NCBI GenBank assembly: GCA_963737905.1
Contig: CAVTUQ010000002.1
Location: forward strand, 448,001 to 512,000
Direction of reading: 5' to 3'
Length of the DNA: 64,000 nucleotides
DNA from: an uncultured delta proteobacterium
GTDB taxonomy: Bacteria; Desulfobacterota; Binatia; UBA9968
Below the pieces are notes generated by a model. That model saw nothing but the letters and a program-made list of their open reading frames with translations, did not search any database and was not told the origin of the DNA. Below, in pieces: positions 19,889 to 30,311 of this stretch (within the stretch, counting starts at the first letter, position 1; the number at the start of each line of letters is the position of its first letter). The translations under genes were made by a program, and so were the position numbers.

Positions 19889-20956
19889 ATGGTTCTAGTT
19901 CTCAAGAACGATCAGATGGAAAACCTACTTCCCATGGAAGAGGAAATCGACGCCATCGAACAGGCTTTTCGCGAACTGGGCCAGGGTGTTGCCATGAATG
20001 CGCCGCGTGCCCGGCTGAGAACCCCTTGGAAGGAAGAAGGCGGGCAATACTATTTCAACAACATCATGGGGCTTGTTCCCGGTGTAAAGTCAATGGCACT
20101 ACGCATCGATTCCAGTTTCTCTAAAGAAGTCCAAGTCGCCGGCAGCAAGCGCCGGGTGTATCCTGGCGACTATATCGGTCTCGTCATGTTGTTCGACATG
20201 GACACCTGCGAGATTTTGGCGATGATGGACGATCATCACATCTCCACCATGCGGGTGGGTGCCACAAGCGCTGTTGCCAGCAAATACCTCGCCCGAAAAG
20301 ATGCCAAAGTCCTGGGGCTCCTGGGGTCTGGCGAACAGGCCCGAACCCAAGTCACGGCCCATCTATCTGTGCGGCCGCTCACTAGGATCAAAGTATACAG
20401 TCCGACCAAGGACAATCGCGAGAAATTCGCCCGCGAAATGAGCGCACAAACAGGCGTCGAAGTCGTATCCGTGGCATCCGCTGAAGAAGCCGTTCGCGGC
20501 AGCGATATCGTTAGCGCCGCCACGAATACCGTCGATCCAGTCGTGCAAGGCCGCTGGCTCGAAGCAGGCATGCACGTCACCAGCCTGGTCGGCGGTGACG
20601 GCTTTTTGCCGCGCAAGGAACTCGACGACGAGGCGGTCAAACGAGCCGATCTCATCGTCGTCGGCTACAAGCCGCAAATTTTCATCGACAAACAAGCGGA
20701 GTTTCACGACCGCATCGAGCGCGGGATCATCAAAGCCGAAGATCTGCACGAGCTGGGCGAGCTTGTGAACGGCAAGTGCCGCAGTCGCAACGACGACGAA
20801 GAGATCACCTTCTTCAAGAACAATACCGGCATGGGGATTCAGTTCGCCGCCACGGCGCGAAAGATGTACGAGAAGGCCAGGGAAAAGGGCATTGGCACGG
20901 AGCTGCCACTCGATTTGTTTATGACTCGACGCGGCGATAAAGCTTACTCGCCATGA
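19889..20956 (+). CDS. Ornithine cyclodeaminase/mu-crystallin family protein
   Basis: STMRVGATSAVA, GLLGSGEQARTQ, FKNNTGMGIQF. Confidence 0.9.
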   Translation: MVLVLKNDQMENLLPMEEEIDAIEQAFRELGQGVAMNAPRARLRTPWKEEGGQYYFNNIMGLVPGVKSMALRIDSSFSKEVQVAGSKRRVYPGDYIGLVMLFDMDTCEILAMMDDHHISTMRVGATSAVASKYLARKDAKVLGLLGSGEQARTQVTAHLSVRPLTRIKVYSPTKDNREKFAREMSAQTGVEVVSVASAEEAVRGSDIVSAATNTVDPVVQGRWLEAGMHVTSLVGGDGFLPRKELDDEAVKRADLIVVGYKPQIFIDKQAEFHDRIERGIIKAEDLHELGELVNGKCRSRNDDEEITFFKNNTGMGIQFAATARKMYEKAREKGIGTELPLDLFMTRRGDKAYSP

Positions 20957-20989
20957 ACGGCTTGCCCTGAAGATCCTTCGAGCAAGCCC

Positions 20990-21061
20990 GGTTCAAAGTT
21001 CAATGTTCAACAGTTCAACGTTTCCGGAGTTCCCCCACCTTGAACTTTTGAACCTTGAACC
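20990..21061. repeat. GTTCAA-periodic hairpin element
   Basis: GTTCAAA GTTCAAT GTTCAACA GTTCAAC ... CTTGAAC TTTTGAAC CTTGAAC. Confidence 0.85.
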
Positions 21062-21141
21062 AGCCGCCGTAAGTGCGACTAAGCTTCGTTTCACGGCGAG
21101 CTAACCAAGGTGCTTCAATTGAATATCAATCAGGAGGTGCG

Positions 21142-21852
21142 ATGATGCGAGAATGGGAACAGTTTTTTCCAGAAGACGAGAGAAAAATGTACGAGAAAGC
21201 CGGTTACAAAGGCAAAGACCAATTCGGCCGTAACCCCGCGCTTTTAATCATCGACGTCATCACTGGTTTTACCGGCACCCAACCGATGGATGTCATGGAC
21301 GCCATCGATGAATTTCCCACGAGTTGCGGCAAGGTCGCTTGGGACGCGCTGCCCAAAATTCAGCAGTTACTCCAGGGGTGTCGCGACGCGGACGTTCCCG
21401 TGATCTACTCCACCAGTGATCCCGACTTCAAAGCGGCCTTTGGTAATGCGACCAAGCGCGGCGTGGATGCCACGGATTTTGAAAAACTGGCAGTAGCATT
21501 TCCTGACATGATCAAACCTAAAGAGGGCGAATTCATCGTCCGCAAGGCCCGAGCCAGCGCTTTCTTCGGCACGCATTTGATCACTTATCTAGTGCGCAAG
21601 AATATCGACTGTTTACTGGTGACCGGCACCAGCACCTGCGGCTGTGTGCGCGGCACCGTCTTGGATGGCTATTCCTACGGCTACCCGGTCTTCTTGGTCG
21701 AAGAGTGTGTCTTCGATCGCTCGCGTACGTCGCACCTGGTCAATCTCTTTGAGATGAACGCCAAGTACGCAACGGTCATTCAACTAGCGGAGGCGTTGAA
21801 CTACGTGGGGCAGCTGAAGCGAGTCGAAGGCAGAAAAGCGATTGCGGGTTAA
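21142..21852 (+). CDS. Isochorismatase family amidase (maleamate amidohydrolase-like)
   Basis: PALLIID, KARASAFFGT, GTSTCGCVRGT; RBS AGGAGG. Confidence 0.88.
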   Translation: MMREWEQFFPEDERKMYEKAGYKGKDQFGRNPALLIIDVITGFTGTQPMDVMDAIDEFPTSCGKVAWDALPKIQQLLQGCRDADVPVIYSTSDPDFKAAFGNATKRGVDATDFEKLAVAFPDMIKPKEGEFIVRKARASAFFGTHLITYLVRKNIDCLLVTGTSTCGCVRGTVLDGYSYGYPVFLVEECVFDRSRTSHLVNLFEMNAKYATVIQLAEALNYVGQLKRVEGRKAIAG

Positions 21853-21894
21853 TGTCTCCACTGGTAGTTGAACGAAAAAACGAAACCCGTCTTT

Positions 21895-21923
21895 CGTCAT
21901 TCCTGCGGAAGCAGGAATCCAGG
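21895..21923. repeat. CGTC-type REP-like palindrome
   Basis: CGTCATTCCTGCGGAAGCAGGAATCCAGG. Confidence 0.7.
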
Positions 21924-21970
21924 TTTCCGACATCCGCATTTTCATAGTTCATCAACGAACGGAGGTGGAA

Positions 21971-23109
21971 ATGGCCACGGAAGCCCCTTTCCCCGAACAG
22001 GAATATCAAGATCGCTACCAGCGCGCCCAGGCGCTCATGGAGCGCGATGGCCTGGATGGTCTAATCATCTCTGAAAAGAATAACTACTGGTACTTCGCCG
22101 GTCTCATCAGTTACCAGTTGGATCACATCCAGCGACCGCAGATTTGTATTTTGCCGAAGGAACGGAAAACCAGCTGCTGCTCGTCTACGGCAACGACAAG
22201 GCGAAAGCCAAGGCACTGCCGTGGGTCGGCAAAGTGCGCGCCTATACCGACGTGCCGTTTCCTCAGGAGATGATCGCCCGCGTTATCAAGGAAATGGGAT
22301 TGGGCGAAGCCAAACTCGGCTTCGAGCTCGGCGACGATCAGCGTTTGGGTATTCCGGTAAATTATCTGTCGGGTCTCACCGAAGCTTTACCAAAGGCGCA
22401 GATCAAAGACGGCACTGCGGCGCTCACCGAAATGCGGATCCTTAAAAGCTCGCGGGAAATCGAGTTCATGCGCAAAGCCTGCGACATTTCCGTCAAAGCC
22501 TATGATCGTTGCTTACCGCTTTTAAAGCCCGGCATGACGCGGCGCGAGATCGCCGACCGGCTTTATATTTCCATGATCGAAGAAGGCGCCCATCCGCGCC
22601 ATCCCGGGTTTCTAATGCTTAACTCGTCGACCCGTTACGACGAGCGCCGTTATAACAAAGGCGACCGCATGGTCGCCGACTTCGGCGCGTGTTACGAGGG
22701 CTACTACGGCGATGTCACGCGCATGACGATCTTCGGCCAACCGACCGATGAGCACAAAAAAGATCATGAGACCGCCTGCGATGTTATTGATCTCTGTTTC
22801 GAGTCAATGCAGCCCGGCACGGCCATCGCCGAAGTGTCGCGCGTGGCGAACCGGGAATTGGTCAAGCGCCGGTATCAAGCCGTGGACAGCCCAAAACGCA
22901 TTGGCCACGGCATCGGTATGTCGCGAGCCGAACCGCCATCGCTGAACGAAGTCGAAATGGAGCTTTATCGTCCCGGGATGGTCCTCGCCCTGGAACCGAA
23001 AGTGCGCTCGGAAAAAAGCGCCGTCCATCTGGAAGAAGACGTGCTCATTACCGAGAAAGGTCCGGAGTTTCTGACCACGGGCTGCCGCGTTTTAAGCGTT
23101 GTGCCATAG
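21971..23109 (+). CDS. M24 (Xaa-Pro/creatinase-like) peptidase family (frameshift near 22165)
   Basis: Creatinase N-domain FPEQEYQDRY; DFG, GDVTR, GHGIG, LEP and LEED metal ligands. Confidence 0.85.
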
Positions 23110-23111
23110 TC

Positions 23112-24107
23112 ATGGGTGCCGACGGTATTCTTTACCTGTCCAACGAGGACGTAAAAACAGTCCTCGATCTTAGCCGCGCCATTGAAATCACGGAGCAGGC
23201 GCTGCGCGATCACAGCGAAGGTCGAGTCATCTGGTCTACCCCCGAAGATCTTGCGATCAAGCCGAAACAAGGCTGGCAGTCGTGGGTGACCGGCTGTGCT
23301 CTGGCGAGCGAGCCCGTAGCCGGCTTTCGCATCCGTTCGATCAAGGCGGCCGGCGGCAGCCGGGATGCGTCGCGTCCGCCGCGCGGGCCGAGAAGAATTC
23401 TGATTCTCAGCGACCGCGAAGGCGGCGAGATTCGCGCGATCATGGACGAAGACTGGTGCCATGCCGTCCGCACCGCCGCGGCCGCAGCAGTCGCCATGCG
23501 CGTGCTCGCGCGCAAGGACTCGTCCATCATGGCGATGCTCGGCGCCGGCGACACCGCCCGCGCCGCCGTGCCGGTGATGGCCAAGGTTTTCGCTCTAAAA
23601 GAAATTCGCGTCACCTCGCGGACACCGGCGTCGCGAGAGAGCTACGCTAAAGAAATCAGCAAAGAATACGGCCTCAATGTGCGCGCGGTGGAATCGACGG
23701 AAGCCGCGCTCGACGGCGTGGATCTCGTCGTTTCGGCGACGACCACGTCAACACCGTTCGTGAAAGATCGTTGGCTCGCCAAAGGAATAACGGTTTACTC
23801 CATCGGTAAAAACCAGGAGATGGAAAGCGAAGTTTACAAGCACGCCGACAAGTTCGTCGTCGACAGCTGGCTGCACTGTAAGAACAAATCGGACATGCAA
23901 CGACTGCTGAAGGAAAATTTCCTGAGCGAAAAAGACCTCTACGCCGAGCTGCCGGAATTGCTATCCGGCAAAAAGCCGGGCCGCGAGTCCGACAAAGAGC
24001 GCATCTTCGTCCGAGCCATCGGTCTCGTCAATCAAGACATCGCGATGGCTAACGCGATTTACCAGAGCGCGCTGGAAAAAGGCATCGGGACGAGGTTGCC
24101 GTACTGA
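23112..24107 (+). CDS. Ornithine cyclodeaminase/mu-crystallin family protein
   Basis: AVRTAAAAAVA, MLGAGDTAR, GRESDKERIFVRAIGLVNQD. Confidence 0.88.
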   Translation: MGADGILYLSNEDVKTVLDLSRAIEITEQALRDHSEGRVIWSTPEDLAIKPKQGWQSWVTGCALASEPVAGFRIRSIKAAGGSRDASRPPRGPRRILILSDREGGEIRAIMDEDWCHAVRTAAAAAVAMRVLARKDSSIMAMLGAGDTARAAVPVMAKVFALKEIRVTSRTPASRESYAKEISKEYGLNVRAVESTEAALDGVDLVVSATTTSTPFVKDRWLAKGITVYSIGKNQEMESEVYKHADKFVVDSWLHCKNKSDMQRLLKENFLSEKDLYAELPELLSGKKPGRESDKERIFVRAIGLVNQDIAMANAIYQSALEKGIGTRLPY

Positions 24108-24539
24108 TTTAATCGATTGAAATGGCGCGCGCCTTTTCATCCTCCCAGAAAAATTTCAAAGTCGTTACACCTCGCCGGCAATCGGTAGTGAAGTTTTTAC
24201 CGAGAGAGACCTTCACAGCTTCGATCAGCTGCTCCTCCGCAGCGTGATCTGACGCACCCAGGCAAAAACGACATAAGAATAGCGACGGCCGCACTGAGGG
24301 AAGATATACAAATCATACTAACTTCCGACGACGCAAGCACGCTATCACATCAGGTTTCTGGAACAGAACGATTCAAGGCGATGCTCGATCGCAGCATCAT
24401 CCGACTTGGAGCGAGCCGACACACGGTTAAAACCTCCTGTTGCCCGATCTGTAACGCATCCCCCATCTGATGCCGCGATTTGACAATTTAATCTTAAGCC
24501 GCGAACGCATACGGCACGTTCCGTCAAAGGAAGCCGGGC

Positions 24540-24805
24540 TGTTTCAGCCACGGAAGCGGCACGCAGCTTTTCGAGTTGCTCGATCGGTTTGCTACCGAGG
24601 AGAAACCTTCGTGATTGAGCGCGGCGGGAAGCTTGTGTATGAAATGTCCCACGTGACCCGGCCCCATTCCACCGGCGCTGATCTTCTAACTTTGCTCCAT
24701 TCACTGCCGAAGCCGGATCTTGGCTATTGGGATGCGGTAGAAGAGATAACGAAACAAACGCCTGTGGTTCCTGAGTCGCCATTAGGCCCCTATCGCCCAG
24801 ACTAA
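24540..24805 (+). pseudogene. Degenerate Phd/YefM-like antitoxin, no toxin partner
   Basis: Frameshifted VSATEAARSF..ELLDR..CYRGETFVIERGG, then LLHSLPKPDLGYWDAVEE. Confidence 0.6.
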
Positions 24806-24859
24806 ATTCCGATGGTAGACCCCTCGATTAAACAGCTCATGGGACCGAGACCGGGAGCG

Positions 24860-26434
24860 TCAGACCTTGTTCTTGCCGGGGGACTGGGATCCGGCCGGCT
24901 TTTTCGATCGCGTGGTTGCGCGCGCGGGTGGCTTTTTCGGAGTCGCCTTTCGCGGCACACGCGCTGCCACAGGTGCAGCGGCCTCGACGCGGCTGCGTGG
25001 ACGTCTCGGCTTGGTGCTATCGAGGGGCCCGGCCATCGTGTCGGTCGGGATCGGCTCGACATTGAACCGATCCTCCTCGGCCTCTTCTTCCAGCTCGAAT
25101 CGGTCCTTAGCTTCGACGGGTTGCGTATCCAGCGAGTCTAAGCGCCCGGCTTCGGGTTCAGCTTTCGTCACTTCTTGGGATGGGTCGATCGCGGGCGACG
25201 GTCCGGTCTGCTGCAACGCCGGCCCCTTGAACACGCGCAGGCCTCCTCGACGATCCCGCTCGAGTCGCACGAGGCCCTCGCGCTGACCTGCGCGCAGCAG
25301 ATCGATCAGCCCAGTAAACCCGTATCGCCGCTCGTCGAAGCCGCCCTCGGCGGCTCGTAAAAGCTGCTTGAAATTGCGCAAGTACATCGGCCACCGTGCC
25401 GTCGTGGCAGCGGTCAGGATCTGGCCCACCAGGCGGACCCCGTCAGCCTGATCGCCCTTCGGCACGACTGGTGCCTCGACCGGGGCGAGCTGGGACGCCT
25501 GCACGGCCTCGGCCATCACCGCCCGCGGCTCGGTCTCGGCCTCGGGCGCAGCTCCATGACCTTCGTCGGCCGTCTCTGCGACGGCGACGGGCCGGCTCGC
25601 CACGACAGCGGTCGAAGACCCGCTTTCGTCGAAATTTTCGTTCAGCTCGACCATAACGCTTCGACCGGCGTGCTTTAGCTGGACGAGACCCGATTGCGCC
25701 AGCTTCTCGACGAAATCGAGGAACGACGACGTACCATACGTCCGCTCGGAGAAAGTCGAGTCGAGCTGGAGCAGCGTGCTCTTGAGCAGGCCGATCTGCG
25801 GCGAGACTTCGCGCTCGGACAGGATCTTCAGCGCGCGCCGCACAATGGGGAACGCCTGCGCGATCGGCGCGGAGGCGGCGGGCGCTGCCGGGCGGCCGCT
25901 CCTGGCGGCCGAGCGGCGGCCTCCCGTCAGGTTCTCATAGGCGATGAACTCGTGGCAGTTGCGCTGGAGGATAGTGCTGGTGAACGCCCGGCCGCCGACG
26001 ACGAACACTTTCTTATCGTATTGCTTGAGCTTTTCGACAAGCGAGAGGAAGTCGCTGTCGCCGCCGACGATCACGTACGCGTTGATATGCGGGTGCGTGA
26101 AGGCCATTTCGAGGGCATCGAGCGCCAGGTTGATGTCGGCGCCGTTCTTGTCGCCGCCGGGCGTCAGGTTGCGCTGCACCAGGCGGATGGCGTGCTGCGT
26201 GAGGTGCCGGCTGTACTCGCCCGCGCGCGTCCAGTCGGCGTAGGCGATCTTGGTGACCACCTCGCCGCGCTCCTTTAAGGCGTCGAGGATGGCGCCAACG
26301 TCGAAATTTTCACCAAGCGTCGATTTGACGCCAATCTCGACGTTGTCGAAGTCGATGAACACCGCGATGTTGAGACGGTCCTGATTGGGCAAGGGAACTT
26401 CCTTTCGAGCTTCTACTCTGCCGACAGCTGCCAT
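24860..26434 (-). CDS. NYN (LabA/DUF88) domain protein with two OST-HTH/LOTUS domains
   Basis: FIDFDN, KNGADINLALD, GGDSDF; two F(S/D)ERxYG LOTUS motifs; low-complexity tail. Confidence 0.9.
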   Translation of the reverse strand: MAAVGRVEARKEVPLPNQDRLNIAVFIDFDNVEIGVKSTLGENFDVGAILDALKERGEVVTKIAYADWTRAGEYSRHLTQHAIRLVQRNLTPGGDKNGADINLALDALEMAFTHPHINAYVIVGGDSDFLSLVEKLKQYDKKVFVVGGRAFTSTILQRNCHEFIAYENLTGGRRSAARSGRPAAPAASAPIAQAFPIVRRALKILSEREVSPQIGLLKSTLLQLDSTFSERTYGTSSFLDFVEKLAQSGLVQLKHAGRSVMVELNENFDESGSSTAVVASRPVAVAETADEGHGAAPEAETEPRAVMAEAVQASQLAPVEAPVVPKGDQADGVRLVGQILTAATTARWPMYLRNFKQLLRAAEGGFDERRYGFTGLIDLLRAGQREGLVRLERDRRGGLRVFKGPALQQTGPSPAIDPSQEVTKAEPEAGRLDSLDTQPVEAKDRFELEEEAEEDRFNVEPIPTDTMAGPLDSTKPRRPRSRVEAAAPVAARVPRKATPKKPPARATTRSKKPAGSQSPGKNKV

Positions 26435-27061
26435 TTCCGCCCCGCCCGGCCACCCGGTGCGATGTATCGAAAATTTAAGCCACCTGCGTTCTGACCGAAA
26501 ATTTAACGCTCAACGAGCGAGGATGTCAATCGTCAGAGAGTTGACTGAAATTCGCGGAGAGAGTCACGCGGTCTGGCCGCCACTTGGAAGATCAGGACGT
26601 TGCCGAATTCGAGTCTAAAAAGCTCCAATCTTGAAAGAGACTAGTGCTCATCTCGTTTGAAGATGGAGCGTCCTTGGCGATGAAAATGAGCGAAGAATCA
26701 AATAGCAAACAACCAAATCCCAACACCATGCCCGTGCCGAAAACCGTGGGCGTGACGATGGCGCGAGCCGGCGGGTGGTGGAGCTTTGCGGCGCCGTGAC
26801 GCCTAGCGGTTGGCATTCAGCGGGGTGGGCGTACTGCATTGATCGCCGGCTGCCGCCACTGTCAGCATGTGACTTCGAGTCCGGATGGGGTGTTTGTCGA
26901 TATCTGCGGGTAAGAGCACGAGACGAAAACTCAACAGGGCTTCGTCAGGGAAGGCGTCGCGAATATCAAATTAACAAAGCCTGGCACTATGGTTCTAACA
27001 ACATGGCGGGTCATTCGATGTTGGTTGTGGATGTGGCGTAACCGGAACTGTAAAGAAGCGT

Positions 27062-27220
27062 ATGAAACCCCAGCGGCGTAAAAATAGCACTAAGCTGAAG
27101 CAAAAAAAGATGTTAGAAGTCTCGCGTAAGATGGACGGTTTGGCCAAGAAACTGGGCAAATGGGACCCGCAGGCGATCGTCCGGAACTTTCGCGATAGCA
27201 ATCTAACTGGCAAATCCTAG
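27062..27220 (+). CDS. Small basic protein, antitoxin-like (52 aa)
   Basis: MKPQRRKNSTKLKQKKMLEVSRKMDGLAKKLGKWDPQAIVRNFRDSNLTGKS; below the ORF-track cutoff. Confidence 0.45.
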   Translation: MKPQRRKNSTKLKQKKMLEVSRKMDGLAKKLGKWDPQAIVRNFRDSNLTGKS

Positions 27221-27374
27221 CGCTGGCAGTCTGAGCGTCGTGGCGAGCAGGCCGATAAATCACAAGTAAATCGCGAGCCCATTGGCTTCGTTGACGCGGC
27301 ACCCATTTCTTGTCATGCAACAGGTCTTAGAATACCTTTACTAACACCAAACCTATTGGTACTGGAGAATAATC

Positions 27375-28488
27375 ATGGCTGGCGTCGTTGATGCAGATAC
27401 ACATATTATCGAACATCCCGGGATGTGGGAGCTCTTTGACCCGGAACTTTATCCGCGTCGACCCGTATTGGCGTCGACCACCGATAACAGTGTCTATGGA
27501 CATAACAACCAGGTCTGGTTGATCGATGGCGTGGCCGTGCCCAAGCGCTTTGGCAAAGGCAGTGCCATTGTCGCCGTGGGCGGGTCCGACGCGGAAGAGG
27601 CGCGCACGGACATTGCCAAAGCGGTGCGCTACATCACCGACGCTACCGCGCGGGTAAGCGACATGGACAAGCGCGGCGTCGACGCTGAAGTCGTATTTCC
27701 GACCCTGTTACTGGGCTACCTGCCGGTGGAGGTCGACCTGGAGATAGCCATCTGCGCTGCCTACAACCGTTACCTGGCAAGAGCCTGGGAACAGGGCGGC
27801 GATCGCTTGCGCTGGGTTGTCGTCCCACCGCTGCGGGACATCCAGGCTTCGGTGCGTGAGATCGAAACTGCACGTGACCACGGCGCGGTGGGCGTGTTCT
27901 TTCGCGGCGTAGAGGGGGAGCGCTCCCTGGCAGAGTCCTATTTTTTCCCGGTGTACGAGGCCGCCAACCGTTTGGGTATGGCCATTTGCATTCACACCGG
28001 CGCCGGTGCGCCGGAAATCACTAAAGTCTTCGACCGCAGTTTCAGCCACAACTTGCCGCACGTACGCTCGCTGCCGCTGTTCGCCTTTCGCGACCTCGTG
28101 GCTCACAAAATTCCCGAACGCTTTCCGCAACTGCGGTTTGGCTTCATCGAGGCGTCGGCCTCTTGGGTACCCTACGTGCTACACCACCTCGCAACGGTCC
28201 AGCGGCGCAAAACTCAACGCCGGCGGCGACGCCGATGCAGCCATGGAGTGGGGACCAAAGCTATTCAGCGACTACCGGCTCTACGTTGCCGCCGAGGCGG
28301 ACGAAGACCTGGCCTATCTCCTGACTCACATTGGCGAAGACAACATGATCATGGGCTCGGATTACGGCCACCAGGATCAATCCAAAGAAGATGGTATGGT
28401 GGGTGTGATGCGGCGCAAGAAAAGTATATCGCCGGCGGTGATCGAAAAAATTCTCTGCGACAACCCGCGTCGCTTCTATGGACTTTGA
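27375..28488 (+). CDS. Amidohydrolase_2 family protein (frameshift near 28190)
   Basis: VDADTH, AYNRYL, CIHTG, FIEASASWVP, then MGSDYGHQD...NPRRFYGL in the second frame. Confidence 0.87.
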
Positions 28489-28594
28489 CGATCATGAGAC
28501 GTCAGCTTACCCCGACTCGGTCCGGAAATATCAAGATTAAAGTCTTGACCCCAATCAAAGGCAAGCTATCTTCTCATGAGCGGAGGGAACGGGT

Positions 28595-29785
28595 ATGAGG
28601 GACAACATGCGCGGCGCGGCCGCTATCGTCGGGATTGGCGAGCTGAAGCCAGAGCGGACGCGGCCGGGCCGCGATGCGATGAGCTTGCTGGCTGAGGCGG
28701 CGTATCTTGCGATTCAAGATGCTGGGCTGACCAAAGCGGACATTGACGGGATGATCCTGGAAGAGGGCATGACCCCGACCGGGAGCGGCTACAACCCGAA
28801 GATGGCCGAATACATGGGCATCTACCCAACTTTCGCCACCGGCTGTGATGCGCAAGGCGCGGCCGGAGTCACGATGGCGCTGCAGGCGGCTGCTTACATC
28901 AACGCGGGCTTGTGTGACTACGTGCTCTGCGGCATGAGTGCCGCGATAGACGGCTCGCGGCCCCGACGCCCAGCTGGGCCAGGTCTCACCGAGACGGCTA
29001 CCTCTGAGTTCGCCGCGCCCTTCGGCCCGACCGTGGGGGCGAACGGCTGGTACGCCATGATCGCCAAGCGCTACGAGAAGCTGTACGGCGCTACCGTGGA
29101 GAAGCGCGCCAAGATCAGCGTGGACCTGCGCTACAACGCCAACCACAATCCGATGGCCATCTGGCACGACGTGCCGATTACGGTCGACGACGTGGTCAAC
29201 TCGCGCATCGTGGCCGATCCACTTCATTTGTTGGAATGCGTCATGCCCTGCGCCGGGGCTTGCGCGTTCGTCGTGACCCGGGCGGACATCGCGCGAGGTA
29301 TGCGCCATAAGCCAGCCTACGTGCTCGGCGGCGCGAACGGCGTGTCGCGCGGCAACCTCACCCATGTCGGCGAGATCACCATCTCCCCCGTGGGTCGGGC
29401 CGCGCGTAAAGCGTTCGCCATGGCGGGCTACGGCCCGTCCGATGTCCAGGTTATGGAGATTTACGACTCATTCACCATCACCGTGATGTGCGAGCTGGAA
29501 GAGTCCGGCTTCTGCCCGAAGGGCACCGCTGGGGACTGGGTTCAGCAGCACGATTTGACCTTTAAAGGCGATAAGCCACTGAACACGCATGGCGGTCAGC
29601 TCTCCTATGGCCAGGCGTCAACCGCGGGTGGCTGTGCCCAGGTCACCGAGGCGGTGCGCCAGATCCGTCGAGACGCCGGCGAGCACCAGGTACCGGGTCC
29701 TACCGATTTGGTCTACGTGACAGGCTCCGGCGGCACCTTCTCGCAGCAGTCGGCGCTGCTGCTAGCGAGCGGCGCAGCACTGTAG
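28595..29785 (+). CDS. SCP-x/Ltp2-like thiolase family protein
   Basis: AIVGIGE, SRIVADPLHLLEC, EIYDSFT, NTHGGQLSYG. Confidence 0.9.
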   Translation: MRDNMRGAAAIVGIGELKPERTRPGRDAMSLLAEAAYLAIQDAGLTKADIDGMILEEGMTPTGSGYNPKMAEYMGIYPTFATGCDAQGAAGVTMALQAAAYINAGLCDYVLCGMSAAIDGSRPRRPAGPGLTETATSEFAAPFGPTVGANGWYAMIAKRYEKLYGATVEKRAKISVDLRYNANHNPMAIWHDVPITVDDVVNSRIVADPLHLLECVMPCAGACAFVVTRADIARGMRHKPAYVLGGANGVSRGNLTHVGEITISPVGRAARKAFAMAGYGPSDVQVMEIYDSFTITVMCELEESGFCPKGTAGDWVQQHDLTFKGDKPLNTHGGQLSYGQASTAGGCAQVTEAVRQIRRDAGEHQVPGPTDLVYVTGSGGTFSQQSALLLASGAAL

Positions 29786-29866
29786 GGCCGCACTCCTGTC
29801 ATGCTGAGCCCCGCGGGCGAAGCATCCGTAAACCCGAAAAGCCCCAAACACGAAGGAGTCACCGAG

Positions 29867-30298
29867 ATGGCCACTACGAGCGAGTACAAGAAGCCTCTTC
29901 CTACCCCATCCCACGTCAGCCAGCCATTCTGGGATGCTGCGAAGGAACATCGCCTCACCTACCAACGCTGCACGGCATGTGGAGCCCGGGTTTTTTACCC
30001 GCGCGACGTCTGCCCTGGGCCCGAGTGCTTCGGTGTTGGGACGTTGGAGTGGGTCGAGTCTAGGGGGAAGGGTTGGGTCTACGCTTCGTCGATCTCTTAC
30101 CAGCCGGCCCACCCGGCGTTCGCTGACGACGTGCCCTACGTGCTCGCCATCATCGAGCTGGACGAGGGCGTGCGCATGAACAGCAATGTGGTCGGGATCG
30201 ATCCGAAAGAGGTCGAGATCGGCATGCGTGTCGAAGTCGTCTGGGACGACGTCACGCCCGAGTTCAGCCTACCGAAGTTCCGCCCAATCCAGAAGTGA
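29867..30298 (+). CDS. Zn-ribbon/OB-fold (DUF35, ChsH2-like) thiolase partner
   Basis: PFWDAAKEH, CTAC..YPRDVCP..C, PYVLAIIELDEG. Confidence 0.9.
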   Translation: MATTSEYKKPLPTPSHVSQPFWDAAKEHRLTYQRCTACGARVFYPRDVCPGPECFGVGTLEWVESRGKGWVYASSISYQPAHPAFADDVPYVLAIIELDEGVRMNSNVVGIDPKEVEIGMRVEVVWDDVTPEFSLPKFRPIQK

Positions 30299-30311
30299 TC
30301 GCCCGTAAAGG

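Noticed and set aside
26586-27041. Short ORFs between the NYN gene and 27062
   Set aside because: No recognisable similarity or consistent frame; cannot be supported
28595-30298. Thiolase plus DUF35 pair as a novel system
   Set aside because: Well-known Ltp2/ChsH2-type pairing
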